Assembly: GCA_964036045.1 (NCBI GenBank)
Contig: OZ038379.1
Span: 13,454,001-13,518,000 of the forward strand
Source of the DNA: Eutreptiella sp. 'Long Island Sound 2002'
Taxonomy: Eukaryota > Protista > Euglenida
Length of the DNA: 64,000 nt
Reading direction: 5' to 3'
Under the pieces are notes generated by a model that had not been told where the DNA came from, did no database searches, and saw only the letters and a program-made list of their open reading frames with translations. Within the stretch, counting starts at the first letter, position 1. The number at the start of each line of letters is the position of its first letter. Positions 49,221 through 61,050 of the stretch are shown here, in pieces. Position numbers and translations under genes: made by a program.

Positions 49221-51272
49221 ATGCTCAAATATCGTTTGCGCCATCAGTCATGGGTAAGCCAGCCGGAGTCCCCGAAGCTCACTGTCCAACCCCAGTTCGA
49301 CCCTCAGCAGTGGTGGAGATTTTGGCGGTTTCGTTCAGAAGCCATGGAGCACGACTTCCAAAAGGGGTCCCAACGGCTGGCCATCATTCTCTGCAACATC
49401 TGGTGCGTATTCAGTCTCGGAGAAACCATCTCGTGGATGGGCAACGGCCTGGCGGAGGGGGCGGTGACTCCGGCCCAGGTGATCTACCCATTCACTGTCA
49501 TCCTGGTCTCGCTTGTGCTGAACAATCTAGTGCCCATTGTTCGCCGGCATCTGACAAGTTTCATCAGCCTCGAATGTGTGCTCATGATGGCCTTCGTCTG
49601 CTACGTCACACACAACCGGGCCGTAAATCTGCACCTGGAGCTAACAGAGGCCCACAAAGCTCAGCTGGGCCCGTTGTTGGAGTGGGTTGAAATGTCCATT
49701 GAATATCGACAGAGGTATGCGGTCCTCTACGGGTACACTCTCACGTTCCCCATGCTCCTTATGCTGACGTTCATTGGCTTCACCAAAAGCACAGTGCTTG
49801 CGATGTTGAGCATCCCGCTGTCGTTCGGCCTCACCATCAGTGTCTCTCCTGCACTGACCAAATCGCGAATGGTGTGGCTGATGCCCATGCTGATGATCAC
49901 CCCGTATTGCATTCTGTTGATGATCAAGATCGCCCACACGCACCGTCAAGTATACGCCGGTGGCTGCAAACTCCAGCACCAGACCGAGGCCTCCATGAAG
50001 GCCGACTCAATGCTGAACCATACGCTGAAGAACATCATGGCCAACTCCGCTGGCGAAATCGAGCAATTCCTCGACCTCCTCTCCGTCGCGTGCGACACGG
50101 CTTCTCTTCAGAGGTCTCTGGAGTGCCTGCAGAGAGGCATGCGATGGTGCAAGAACCGCCAGGCGTATTTGGACCTCGTGGCTGGGGACTACGTGTCCAC
50201 GCTCGAGCCAACGGAGATCAAGACATTCGGCCTGGAGCTGGTGGCGGGCAGGCAGCTGAGCATCGACTTCGCGGACCACTGCGTCATGCTCGACACAAGG
50301 CTGTGCGACCTGGTCCTGGACAACGCGCTCAGCAACGCCTTCCAACACGGCCGCGTCGAGGACCCCGCCGTGCGCTTTGCCATCGCCGTCTCCGACGCCC
50401 CGGACGGCGGGCCCCAGAAGGCAGTCTCCTTCCGGGTCACCAACCGCGCCCGCCCCTACCGGCCCCCACTGACGGACGACTTCGTCGCCGGGCTCCTGCA
50501 GGGCCACCGGCCGCAGCACCGCTCGTCGCCCCTGTCCGACGGGATGGGCTTCCGGCACTGCCTGACGGCCGCCCGGGCGCACGGCATCGCGGTGTCGCTG
50601 GAGCAGGAGGACGACCTGGTGACCTTCACCGCGCGGCTCCTCGCGGACGTGGCGAGCCGCACCCCCCCGCACACCCCGCGGGCGTCGGAGCGGCTGGTGG
50701 GGCACTTCCCCCGGGGCCTCAACATCTACTACATCGACGACTCCGCCGTCGCCCGGCAGCTCGTGGAGCGGAACCTGAGCACGCGGGCGCACCCCCAGAC
50801 CGTCCGAACCTTCGGAGAAGTCCCGGCGGAGGCCGAGGCCTTCGTGGCCGCGGTGCTCGCCGACGGGCACATCGCCATCCTGGACCAGAACCTGGACTGG
50901 CGCGGCACGTGCCTCCAGGGGACCCGGCTCGTGCGGCAGCTGCTGGCCGCCGGCTTCAAGGGGCTGATCTGCATCCGCTCCGCGAACAACTCCGAGACGG
51001 ACACGCGGGGGTACCTGCGCAGCGGCGCGCACTGCGTGCTGGGCAAGGAGCTGCCCATGAAGCAGGCCGTGGACGCGATGAAGGCGGCGTACGTGCGGCA
51101 CGCGCGGGCGGCCCTGTTCCAGGCCGAGTGCCGCCGGATGGACACCACGGACATCTCGCCCGGCACCTCGGTCTGCCACGCCGAGGCCCCGAGGGGCTCG
51201 CTGGAGTCGCACAGCTCCAGCATCACGTCAGAGAACCTCCCGGGCGTCTGCAGCTCGGCGTATTGGGTGTGA
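49221..51272 (+). CDS. Membrane-bound hybrid sensor histidine kinase / response regulator
   Basis: About 6 hydrophobic helices; H-box SMLNHTLKNIMA; N-box LDNALSNAFQHG; G2-like SDGMGF. Receiver motifs IYYIDDS, ILDQNL, IRSAN and LGKEL. Intronless, 683 aa from the first ATG. Confidence 0.9.
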   Translation: MLKYRLRHQSWVSQPESPKLTVQPQFDPQQWWRFWRFRSEAMEHDFQKGSQRLAIILCNIWCVFSLGETISWMGNGLAEGAVTPAQVIYPFTVILVSLVLNNLVPIVRRHLTSFISLECVLMMAFVCYVTHNRAVNLHLELTEAHKAQLGPLLEWVEMSIEYRQRYAVLYGYTLTFPMLLMLTFIGFTKSTVLAMLSIPLSFGLTISVSPALTKSRMVWLMPMLMITPYCILLMIKIAHTHRQVYAGGCKLQHQTEASMKADSMLNHTLKNIMANSAGEIEQFLDLLSVACDTASLQRSLECLQRGMRWCKNRQAYLDLVAGDYVSTLEPTEIKTFGLELVAGRQLSIDFADHCVMLDTRLCDLVLDNALSNAFQHGRVEDPAVRFAIAVSDAPDGGPQKAVSFRVTNRARPYRPPLTDDFVAGLLQGHRPQHRSSPLSDGMGFRHCLTAARAHGIAVSLEQEDDLVTFTARLLADVASRTPPHTPRASERLVGHFPRGLNIYYIDDSAVARQLVERNLSTRAHPQTVRTFGEVPAEAEAFVAAVLADGHIAILDQNLDWRGTCLQGTRLVRQLLAAGFKGLICIRSANNSETDTRGYLRSGAHCVLGKELPMKQAVDAMKAAYVRHARAALFQAECRRMDTTDISPGTSVCHAEAPRGSLESHSSSITSENLPGVCSSAYWV

Positions 51273-53430
51273 GGGCGGCCCGGGACGCCGTGGTAGGTGC
51301 CCTGCGGTCCTGGAGGGCTCGCGGCCTCCGCACGGCGCCGGACCCGGCCCTCCGTCGGGGTGTGGGATCCGGGCATCACTGGAGATGCCCTGAGGGCGAC
51401 GATGGGGGCGAGCGGTCTTGGCGAGGGGAGGAGGGTCCAGAAGAGGAGGGGCGAGGGGGGGCGTCCATGCCAGACAAAGACTCCAGCTCAGGCCTGGGGG
51501 CGGGGGTCCGCGAGCCACCACCACCTCCTCCTCCTGCTCTGCACACACCACACCGAGTCAGCGCTGTTTCAACGCCCCCCCCTCCATTCTCCATATGATT
51601 TGGGGACATTGAAGCCAAGGCGTGCGGCCGAGTTAGGCCATGGAAGCCCCATACCGGACTTTGCAGTACTGCTGGACTAATGGCTGGGATTGTCTATGGC
51701 GGGGACATTCAGTCTATTGGAACCGACCATTGATCCCCCATACCACACGTGGCGGCTGCGAGGGTGTGAGTGGCACACCCTGTGGGGGGAAACATACCTT
51801 TTTTCGGCATGGATGCCCCCCCCCCCCCCCCAACCAAACTTGAAAATGAGACACTGAAGGACAAATTCTTTGGGCCAATTTTGGCACACAAACTTTTGGT
51901 TCCCAGACCCTCCCCACCACCACCACCAACTACCTCGCTCTTGCCTACCGTCCATCAGTTAGAAGCGCCGTGTGCGACAACGCTCAGTGAGGGCCCCACA
52001 GGGAAAGTGTGTGGAAACTTCACCGCGCCGGTCGCAGACTGGGTCAGTGGTGGTTTGCGTGGCTCCAAGTTCAGCGCGGGGCGCGGGGCATCCTACGACA
52101 CGGGCCACTGACTGACAAGGTCGGTCGAGCTGTGTGCCTCTCAGCTGTTGGGCATTCTCCCATCCCATCCCCCCCCCCTCCCCCCCAACAACAACAATAA
52201 TCCAGTAGCTCTTGGTGGGTAGCTGTGTTAAACAGGGTCAGTGCACCAGAGGTTCCACCCGCACTTTCGCTTGGCTCACCTTAATGCGACTTTACCCCCT
52301 CACCCACAACACCCCCTGCAACCACAGGCCTGCCCGCCCCGCACACCGTCCGCCCGCCCAATCTCACCATTGGTGGTGGTTTGGAGATGGAGTGGTGGCT
52401 ACAGGGAAAGGGGATCCAGGCAAGGGAGCACGGGGGCTTTTTGGACTTTTCATCAATCGCATGGCTCCCCCTGGAAGGAGGGTTGTTGGGGTTCAGGGCT
52501 CGCTCTTTGCGTGGCTCAGTGTTGGTATGATCTTACCCGAATTTTGCCGAGACAGAAAGCCGTGCTGCACAACAGCCCATCTCTTGCCGGCTTGCTAGTT
52601 TTCCCGCTTGAAGCTGTGCCCAGGACGTCCCAAGGTTGGGTGCCGCGGCACTCTTCGAGCATGTCACTCTATCCTTCTTGGCCTGGTTTGGAACCACCAC
52701 TCAAAGTGGGCTTTTCACTTCGTCAGCATTGGTACGCCCTCTAGCAACCAAATGCATCCTGTCGTTCATTGGCGACGACCGGCACTTGGCTGACCTCTGC
52801 GCACAACATGCACGCAGAATATACGCATGCATCGGTGTGGGGGGAGAACCCCCCCAAACAACAACAACATCCCCTTCACTTCAAGCACAGGCCCCCCGCC
52901 CCATCCATCCATCCGCCCGCCCACCCTGCCCACCCGGACCTCACCATTGGTGGTGGTTTGGAGGTGGACTGGTGGCTACAGGGCAACGAGATCCGGGCAA
53001 GGGAACCCTGTGGCACCGTAGAGGAGCAGCTTGCGAGATTGTGCACAGCCGGCGTTCTGCTCACACCTGAATCCACTCGTTTCGAGCAGATGTAGTATTT
53101 CGCCATCGTAAAGATCTCAGGGTTGGACACTGTTTTGCGCACTCGCAAACGACACGTCAACAACCCTGCGCAACCACCTGAGCAAGAAACCCCCGCAAGC
53201 CCTCAACACTCTGCGTACTGCGTGGCAAGCGCTGTCCCTCTCTGTCAGCCGCCAGCCCGCGATCCTGTGCATCCGAGTGGGGTTGGATGGTGCACGCAAT
53301 GCCCCAGCCATGGGAACTGTCTGGTCCGGACTGGTCACGTGCCCAAAGACCAACGCAAGTTGACATCGAAAGCACTGACGCAACAGACGCCAAAGAATGC
53401 GGGCTTGGGCTTTGCAGGCGTCATGCGCGG

Positions 53431-53431
<1 letters not shown>

Positions 53432-53509
<78 letters not shown>
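53432..53509. repeat. (CA)n microsatellite; shorter tracts at about 53657-53688 and 53913-53935
   Basis: Direct reading. Confidence 0.95.
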
Positions 53510-53510
<1 letters not shown>

Positions 53511-53656
53511 GCCCCACTCCCTCTTGTTGCATGTTGCGTGTCATCTCAACCCAGTTCCTGAAGCCCGGCGACAGTTCAACAGAACAACAGACCTCATGGT
53601 TTGGTCGCATCATTGTTGAACCTCGCAGTTTGAGCATGATTTGAAATAATTGGGCG

Positions 53657-53689
<33 letters not shown>

Positions 53690-55448
53690 GACTTCTGTTT
53701 GGTGCAGAGCACGGGAGAGCTTCCACGGAAATCACATAAGTATGACGGCGCAGAGGTTCTGACTTTTTGACCGCAGAGATCAGGCAGACCAATAAGGTAC
53801 ACACTCAGGTGTACACTTCGGCGAGCCAATCTCAGCACGCAGTCATACATGGGTCTCCCTCGTTAATAGCACAAGGACATTAAAAGCCATCAACCCTCGT
53901 TAATAGCACAGAGCACACACACACACACACACACATGTAACATCGCGAATTTTGTCAGACTGTGTGAACCTTGTCTCTCTCTCTCTCTCTAACATTGAAC
54001 TCACAAAAGTCTCATGGCCCCAGGCGGCTGGGCGTGGGGGGAGAACACGTAGCCTTACAGCCGCGAGGTGCTGTCTCTGCACGGAGGGGTTGGCCAGGGG
54101 CGAGGAGGACAGAGGGTTTGGTTTGGGTGAGGTGAACTCCCCCCCCCCCCACCCCCGGACGCCCAGACCCATGGTCATCGCCCTGTGCGACTCGACTGGG
54201 TTGGGCGCTCCCGGCTGTCGCGGTCTCAAGGCGTGCTGGACTGCTGACAGCCCTCGAACCCCGCGGTGGCACACGCGGGAGGGAGATACCGCCGTGCCTG
54301 TGTGTGTGGCGTGTACGCTGCTGGGGTGCCTTTGGGTCTGGGGGCGGGGGGAGGCACGTGCGCATGGGGCGGTCTGTCGCCTGGTGCTCCAGGTGCAGGC
54401 AGGGAGGCAGTGGGCGCCTGACGCTAAGCCCGCCGGTGGAGTCATCGGCCTGGACACGCCTCCTCCAGGTCAACTGACATGCCGCTGGCCACCCCACAAC
54501 TGCCTGGGGCACGGGGGCGGCTAAGCCTCACACTCGACTGGGGGCTGCCCGCACTCCTTGACTGCGTTGGCACAGGCGGTGCTGCTCAGGGCTGAGTGGC
54601 GTCCCACGGTGGATTGGCTGCGCGGTTGGAGGGGCCCCGGGGCACGCTTAGCGCTGCCCTGCCCCAGGGCCCGCCCGGGTTGTTCACCCGAGTGGCGGTG
54701 CTACTGTCCACGGAGGTGGGAGGGGGGCAGAGGGCACACCGCCCGAATGACCGCTCCCTTTAGGAGGAGGGGCGGGAGGGGGGGCCTTCAGTCCTCGGGG
54801 TGGGGTCAGCCACTCCTGGGCCTGGCAAGTCTTCTGATGAGTTCATTGCATGTAATGTGTATCAGGTATCGTTACTGCTCCCCAGCCCTCCCCTCACCAC
54901 CTTTGCCATCACACGGAGGCCTCACGGGAGTTGTTTGTCAAAGCATGGGCTGTTGCAGTTGTGTGTGTTTTACTGCATATTTCCCTTGCAGACACCCCCC
55001 TTGTGCAGACTCTGGGGCGTATTCCCGTCGTTTCCCCTTAATCTTGTCCGTAGGGCAAGAGGTACTGTGCGGTGCCACGTCTTGTGCCCGTTTCCCGCCC
55101 TAATCATGGAGCCGGTCCCAATCTGTCATCCAATTCCAAGGCTTCTTTGAACACCTCCACACTCTTTGGGTGTCGAGCATTGCTGTGCTTGTCTGGGCCA
55201 GTCTGGGCCAAACCAGAGGGTCCATCTCCCTCCCACCTCCAGCTCTGTGCTCAGACTTTAGGGTCCACAGACCCTCAGCCCGAGTGCAGAGGCATTGGCC
55301 ACCGCCTTGGGGGGCCACCAGGCCCGGGCCCTTGACGCCGACCCCCCCCCCCCCCCCCAAAGTGGCACAGAAGTGCCGGCCGTCGGCGCGGGAAAGAACA
55401 TTTTTTTGCTACGGGAGGGGGTCAAAATGGTTCCCCCCCCCCCCCATA

Positions 55449-55994
55449 TCTCTCTGGGACGTTACGTTTCATGCCAACACGGAGCGTTTTCGGGGGTCGG
55501 TGCCTTTGTTGCCTCATTTGTGCCCGCTGAGTGTCCCGGAGGTAGGGGTATGTGGGGTATATTCGGAAAGCCCTTGAAAAGGGCTATTTGGAACACCCTG
55601 GGTCTGCATGCTGTACTGACGAGATGTTAGAGATTTTCGTCCGTTTCGGTTCATGCACGAGCTGCTTGCTGCCTCCTTTTGTCAATAGGCAGCTACCATG
55701 TCTGCATACAAATTCACACAACGTGCTGTTGCCTCCCCCAATGCACCACAGAAACCTTTGGTGCGCAAAAGTCGTGCAAACACCGAAAAGTTTGGCCTCG
55801 ATGCTCAAAAATATCGTCAGCTACCCCCCCCTAACCCATGCATTTCTGAAATGGCCTTTTCTCACAGATTTCAAAAAGTATACACATACCCCCCCTACGG
55901 ACTGAAATTTTGGTGCTCTGGACGAAAAATGGAGAAAACCCTGAAAATACACGAATTTGCTCCGCGTTGGCATATTCTGAATGTCCCCGAGAGA
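55449..55994. mobile_element. TA-flanked MITE, same family as 20420-22171
   Basis: caTA|TCTCTCTGGGAC ... GTCCCCGAGAGA|TAtg; arms match 20440-20600 and 21100-21321. Confidence 0.8.
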
Positions 55995-56002
55995 TATGTC
56001 TA

Positions 56003-56248
56003 GGGGGAGTATCAGACGCGGTGCGCGCGCGGTGCATGCGCGGTGCGGGTACTGGGGTTGTTCCGTAGACCCTTTCATCTAGAGCCAATCAGGGGGAATG
56101 GTAACGCCTCAGAGCCCAGCAGGTACCATCTACAACTCCTCTCCCCGTAGACCATCTCCTGGAGAAGTTGTTCAAATACCTGACGCGGTGCGCGCACGGT
56201 GCGCGCGCGGTGCATGCGCGGTGCGCGCGCGGTGCGGATACTCCCCCC
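56003..56248. mobile_element. MITE of about 246 bp with GCGCGGT arrays
   Basis: TIR GGGGGAGTATC / GATACTCCCCCC, inserted in GTCTAGAC (TSD is TA or TAG). Confidence 0.8.
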
Positions 56249-57279
56249 TAGACTCAAAATACTGACAATTTTATAGAGAATTCAATCATGGACGAAAATC
56301 TTGGGGAAAAAATTGACCCTCCCCCTCCCCAACCTCTATCCAGGGTTCGGGCTGAGCAGGGTGGGTTCGAGCAGAGCGAGGTGAAAGGGACGCCACGGAG
56401 ACACGGAACAGTCAAGAAATAAAAAAGCAGGGCGCCGTAGCGCCCCTGAGCCACAGGCACAACATGTTGTCACGTGTTGCACAGCCAAAGCACGACTGGG
56501 GCGGCGAGAGTGCGGCCCATGTGAGGAAGACGAAAGCAAGTAGGCATGAATGTGTGGGCGGCATGCGCATGCAGCGTGGGGAGCAGACGTGGTATGCGCC
56601 ACACGCACAACAGCAATGATTTGTTGAGTTGCCTGACAGACGGAGCGCATGCTGAAATACTGAGACGCCTTTGCGCCAACCAAGGCGCCATTGCGCCCCT
56701 AAGGATGGAGTATGACACGACCTCACGACCTGCGGGGCCAGGGTTAGAGACTAACCGGCACTGTGGGTGGGTGGTGGGTGCGAGCTGACCTCGATGTCCA
56801 GAGGAACAGTGCCAATGCACAGCCAGCAGCCACCTGGTGTGGTACAGAACTGGTCTACGCTGCAGTGCAGCAAGCAATACACTGAACAATGTGGTTATGA
56901 CCATGCGCCTGTGACACGGGGGCGTATGCGAGCCCAGTTTCCGTTGCCTCATGGCCAACCTCTATCCCCATCCCAGCGACTGGGGCCTCCATGTCAGCGG
57001 TGAAAAAATTTTTTGAACAATTTCTTACCCCAACATACATACCTCAAAATGATAAGCACAACGAGGCGGTCATTTTAAGCCATATATGTTGTGGTCCGGG
57101 AGCCCCCCCCCCCCCCCCCCCGGAAATGCACTACACACACGCCACAGAACACGGGTTCGAACCCAGGTCCCGGTTGGCCTGCCGTGGAGCCGTCGCTTTT
57201 GTTTTTCTGGGAAGCTTGCCTAACAATGGGAGGGTGTAGGCTCTTACCTAAACGGGCCAAGAAACATTCGATAGCCGCT

Positions 57280-57980
57280 GAGGGTGCCTCGCGCGCGGTG
57301 CGGGTGCGCGGTGCGATTTTAGCCCGGTTGGCGTAGAATGGCGGTACCATGGAATGTTGCCCCAAAGCGGTCATAGGGGCCTGAGCATTGCATTTAGGTG
57401 CCCAATTGTTGTGTTTGTGTGGGGTCTAGCATGTTGGGGTCCCAGGTTGGGTAGCAGGCACCTTGTAGACTCGAAATTTTCGGTTTCGCCTCCTTTGCTT
57501 TCAACAGGACACATGGCAATGAATGCTGACCTGTTGCCGCCCGGTCATGGTGCATGCGGTGGTACATATTCAGCAGTTTGCGCTATCAGCCGTTTGGCCC
57601 TTGGAATCATTTCCCGGATGAAATTTTTGACCAGTCTGCGGTGGAACCTAACACAGATTCGTCAGAGAGTTCCTCAAGCTCTAGTGATGACTCAGGTGAT
57701 GAGAATGGCACCTCATGCTCTGACGATCCTTGCGAGGACGACACATAGGTGTCCATATATATCGCCGTTCAGTGTATGAACACGAACGAATTCTGCGCAT
57801 GACGGAAGACATTTGGTTGACAACACTCATTCTGTCGTTACCGTCTTCTGTGTAGATCCTTGTCACCGTTTTCTGTGGTGTTTGTGTGGCGTTGTTACCT
57901 GAAAAAGTGGTGCAATAATCCGACTCTTGATAGCGGGCTAAAGCGCGCGGTGCGGGCGCGCGGTGCCTTGAGGCACCCTC
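57280..57980. mobile_element. Tourist-like (PIF/Harbinger) MITE, 701 bp
   Basis: TIR GAGGGTGCCTC / GAGGCACCCTC, inner IR TTTAGCCCG / CGGGCTAAA, 3-bp TSD GCT. The internal part matches a truncated copy at about 11890-12120. Confidence 0.85.
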
Positions 57981-58476
57981 GCTGACTTCAGTGAGCTCAA
58001 GGCAACATTCGGCCCTCGTTTGAGGTGTGCTCAAACAACGAATTGAGATTTGTGGCGATGACCATATGCCCGTGACGCGGGGGTATATGCAAGCTCTGTA
58101 TCCGTTGCTTTATGGCCCTCCGGACGGCCCCCTGACCCGCCCTGACCCAGCCCCCCCCCCCCCCCCCCCGCCGCCCCTCCCTGAAAATGACAGGAAAGTG
58201 GGACGGCGGCGTATGGACCAACCCCGACGAGCCCCCCGTGTCGGTGATCCGGAACTTCCTGGCCCTCCTGCATCAGTGGTGGGAAGCACCCAATAAATTT
58301 CACGGGCTGGGGATGCCTAACTGCATACCCACTACGGGGGCAGACAGCTGCAAGCACGAGCAGTGGGACAGCCACAAAGCTGCCGCCTCTCCTCTCCCCT
58401 TCCGCCCATACGCCCCAAACCCGTAGAGCCCGAACGAGCCTGACCTTGGATCACATCCAGGGAAAGGAACCAAGGT

Positions 58477-59760
58477 GTGGCAGAGTGCGCCGTAGTTGAC
58501 TGCCAACTGCCGCTGATTACTGGCGAAAACTTCTCAGTTCCGCCCCCCCCCCCCCCCTCCCCTGATGCGCAACGACTGATTCAACGACTGATTGACAGTG
58601 AACCAGACAGCTCACTTCAAACCCCTGTTGGCATCCTTGCCTGGACTGCTATTTATGCCTCATGGTTGGTCCGTTGCACTGTAAAATACCATCCGGAGGC
58701 ACGTCATACCTTCCAATTCTTTTTAAAACGCTGGTTGGTGGTGCTGCGCTCACTTGCACAAGCACGGTGCTATACACACATTTCTGTGGATCAAATCAAA
58801 CTTTTCATTGCGGGCATTGAATCTTTGCAACATGGAGCCCTCGCACACCCATCCCTCATCATCACCCCCCCCCCCCCTCCCCCGCCCCCACCGGCGGCGG
58901 CCAAGGCTCAACGCCGACTGGAACGCAAACAAGAGCGAGCTTCAGAGCTGGAGCAGTTGCTTCCCACACTTTCCAACGAAGGCTACACGCTAGTCTTCAC
59001 CGATGGCTCGTCCGAGTTAGTCCCTGGCATTGGTAGAGTGGCAGGCTATGGGATTTTCTCCTCTGATTTATTGTCCATCTCCGCTTACGTTCCAGTGCAC
59101 TTACGCCAAACCAACAACACAGCAGAGCTCTTTGCAGTGCTCCGCGCTATTCAATTATTGCCGCCTGGGCGGTATGCCTTTTGTTCTGATTCTTCCTACG
59201 TAATTCTAGGTGCGAGCGGTGCGGCCAGGCGCTGGAAACTGCGCGGATGGACAGGCTCCTCCGGCCCAGTGTCCAATGTTGAAATTTGGGAGCAACTCCT
59301 CAGCGAACTAAGCCAGCCAGACAAAACCATTAAATGGGTCAAAGTCCCGTCCCACGTCACAGTGGAGGGCAACAACGAAGCAGACCGGCTGGCGGACCAA
59401 GGCCGCCTCTCCAGCCCACTACACCCCATACTGCACACACCAAGCACCTTTTCTGATTTTTCACCACCACGGTTTACCCCTCTCAAGAAGGCACGTTTTG
59501 CAGCTACGTCAACACATGATCTGTCTGAGGTCTCACGAAAAATTGTCTTTCAATCTCCAGCAGCAGTACGTTTTTCCTCCGTCACTGCAAGTGACATCCT
59601 CAGATCACTAGACCTGGAGCCTTTATCTGACTCTGACGAGTCGGGTACCATATCAGATTATAGCGACTCTGACACCGTCACCGCCGACGACGACAGTGAC
59701 AATGACAGTGCCTACAGCACTGATGTTAGCGACACGAGAAAACGACGCCTCAGCCAGTAG
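58477..59760 (+). pseudogene. 5'-truncated retroelement-like ORF with a complete cellular-type RNase HI domain and acidic/basic tail
   Basis: Motifs LVFTDGS, AGYGIF, QTNNTAELFA, FCSDSSYV, IWEQLL and KVPSHVTVEGNNEADRLAD. Upstream TAIYASWLVRC weakly resembles the L1 ORF2 C-terminal WxxWxxRN motif. No ATG start. Confidence 0.8.
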
Positions 59761-59808
59761 ACTGCTTTCTAAGTTTTGAATGTGTCTTCCCACAAAGACA
59801 GTATGGGA

Positions 59809-59868
59809 GGCAGTGTGGTATAGTGGATAGCATCGTCAGCGATGCTGGAGCCCAGGGTGCTTCCACTG
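59809..59868 (+). other. tRNA-derived / tRNA-like structure
   Basis: GGCAGTG, then A-box TGGTATAGTGG; stems CAGTG/CACTG, AGCATCG/CGATGCT and GGAGC/GCTTC; no B-box. Confidence 0.45.
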
Positions 59869-61050
59869 AAGCACGCGGCACTTCACCCGACATATGGTCC
59901 CACAAACACACAGCTATGCAGCCTTGTCAGCTCGCACGTAATACAGCGATTGTCTACCTCCCCTTTTCCCCTCCAGCAGGAGAACAGAAAGCCGTATGGT
60001 TAGGCCGAAGGAGTGCATCAGGCTATACGGCCCTGTGATTCACTGCGACACATCAACACAGACGCAGCTTGAGGGCGTGGCTGTTTTTCATGCACCATCT
60101 AGCTCAGCAACACACAGGTATTGATCTTTAGTGGTTCGCCGTCCACAGGTTATATAACAAATGCAGCTGCCACTGGCACCGCTGATTGAAACCTTGTACC
60201 TACTTGTTGTACATTGAATAGTGGAGCACCCCAACCAAGAAGGGGACACATGCATCTGTGAGAGAACCTCTGGACTAATGGCTGAAAGTGTCTATGGCGG
60301 GGACATTCAGTCGATCAGCACCGACCATTGATCCCCTGATGCGCAAGCACTGCCTTGTCCAAGCACAGGAGCCCATCTGACCACTGTTATTCTGGTTTTT
60401 CCTGACCACAATTTTTGTGGTCAGAAATATAACGTGACTCGGTGGTGGTGCGATGGTAGAGGGACAGGGGGGCTGGATCATGCGTTTGGTAGTTCCTCCT
60501 GCTCATACCAATATTCTGCTTGCAACTGCAACCCAATGCTGTCTGTTTTGATGCGATTTTCAGCCATGCTTAATGGCTCTTGCTGGCATGGCTGTTACGT
60601 ACATCCAGTCCACCAGTGAATATGTGCCCGCCACAATTATTTGTCCTTCTACTCGTGAGGATGGTTTCGTTCATTGAAGTGCATGTGGAATGGGCATGTG
60701 CTTGAGCATCATGCTCCTTTGGACCCTGGCAAAATTTACACTTGATGCTAAGGGTGTAAAACGGGCCCCCGTCACAGTGAGGAGGAGGTTCTTTTGGTAC
60801 CGCATGCTGCGCGCAAGCAAGGGTAGGAGCATGGACCCTGATACCCGAAGAATGAAAGAGATGAAGCCACTTGAGTGCTGTGCATGCTATGTGTTGAAGG
60901 GACACAACCTAAACTATAGGGCCTCTATTGCCCACCGTCACCGATTCTCTACTTGCACGTGGCCGGGAGGTGCTAAACAAGCGGTACCACGCTGATGAGC
61001 TTGTAGAAACCACATGTCTTGGGCCTTCCATGCAAGTAGATGACTTTGTA

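Noticed and set aside
49874-51598. Long alternative-frame and antisense ORFs over the histidine kinase (also 50007-51212)
   Set aside because: Shadow ORFs of GC3-rich coding sequence; Arg/Pro/Ala-rich with no motifs.
57153-57164. tRNA gene suggested by GGGTTCGAACCC
   Set aside because: Isolated B-box/T-loop palindrome with no A-box or cloverleaf on either strand.
60992-61010. Hammerhead ribozyme core CTGATGA..GAAAC (also about 20061)
   Set aside because: No pairable stem II or flanking stems.
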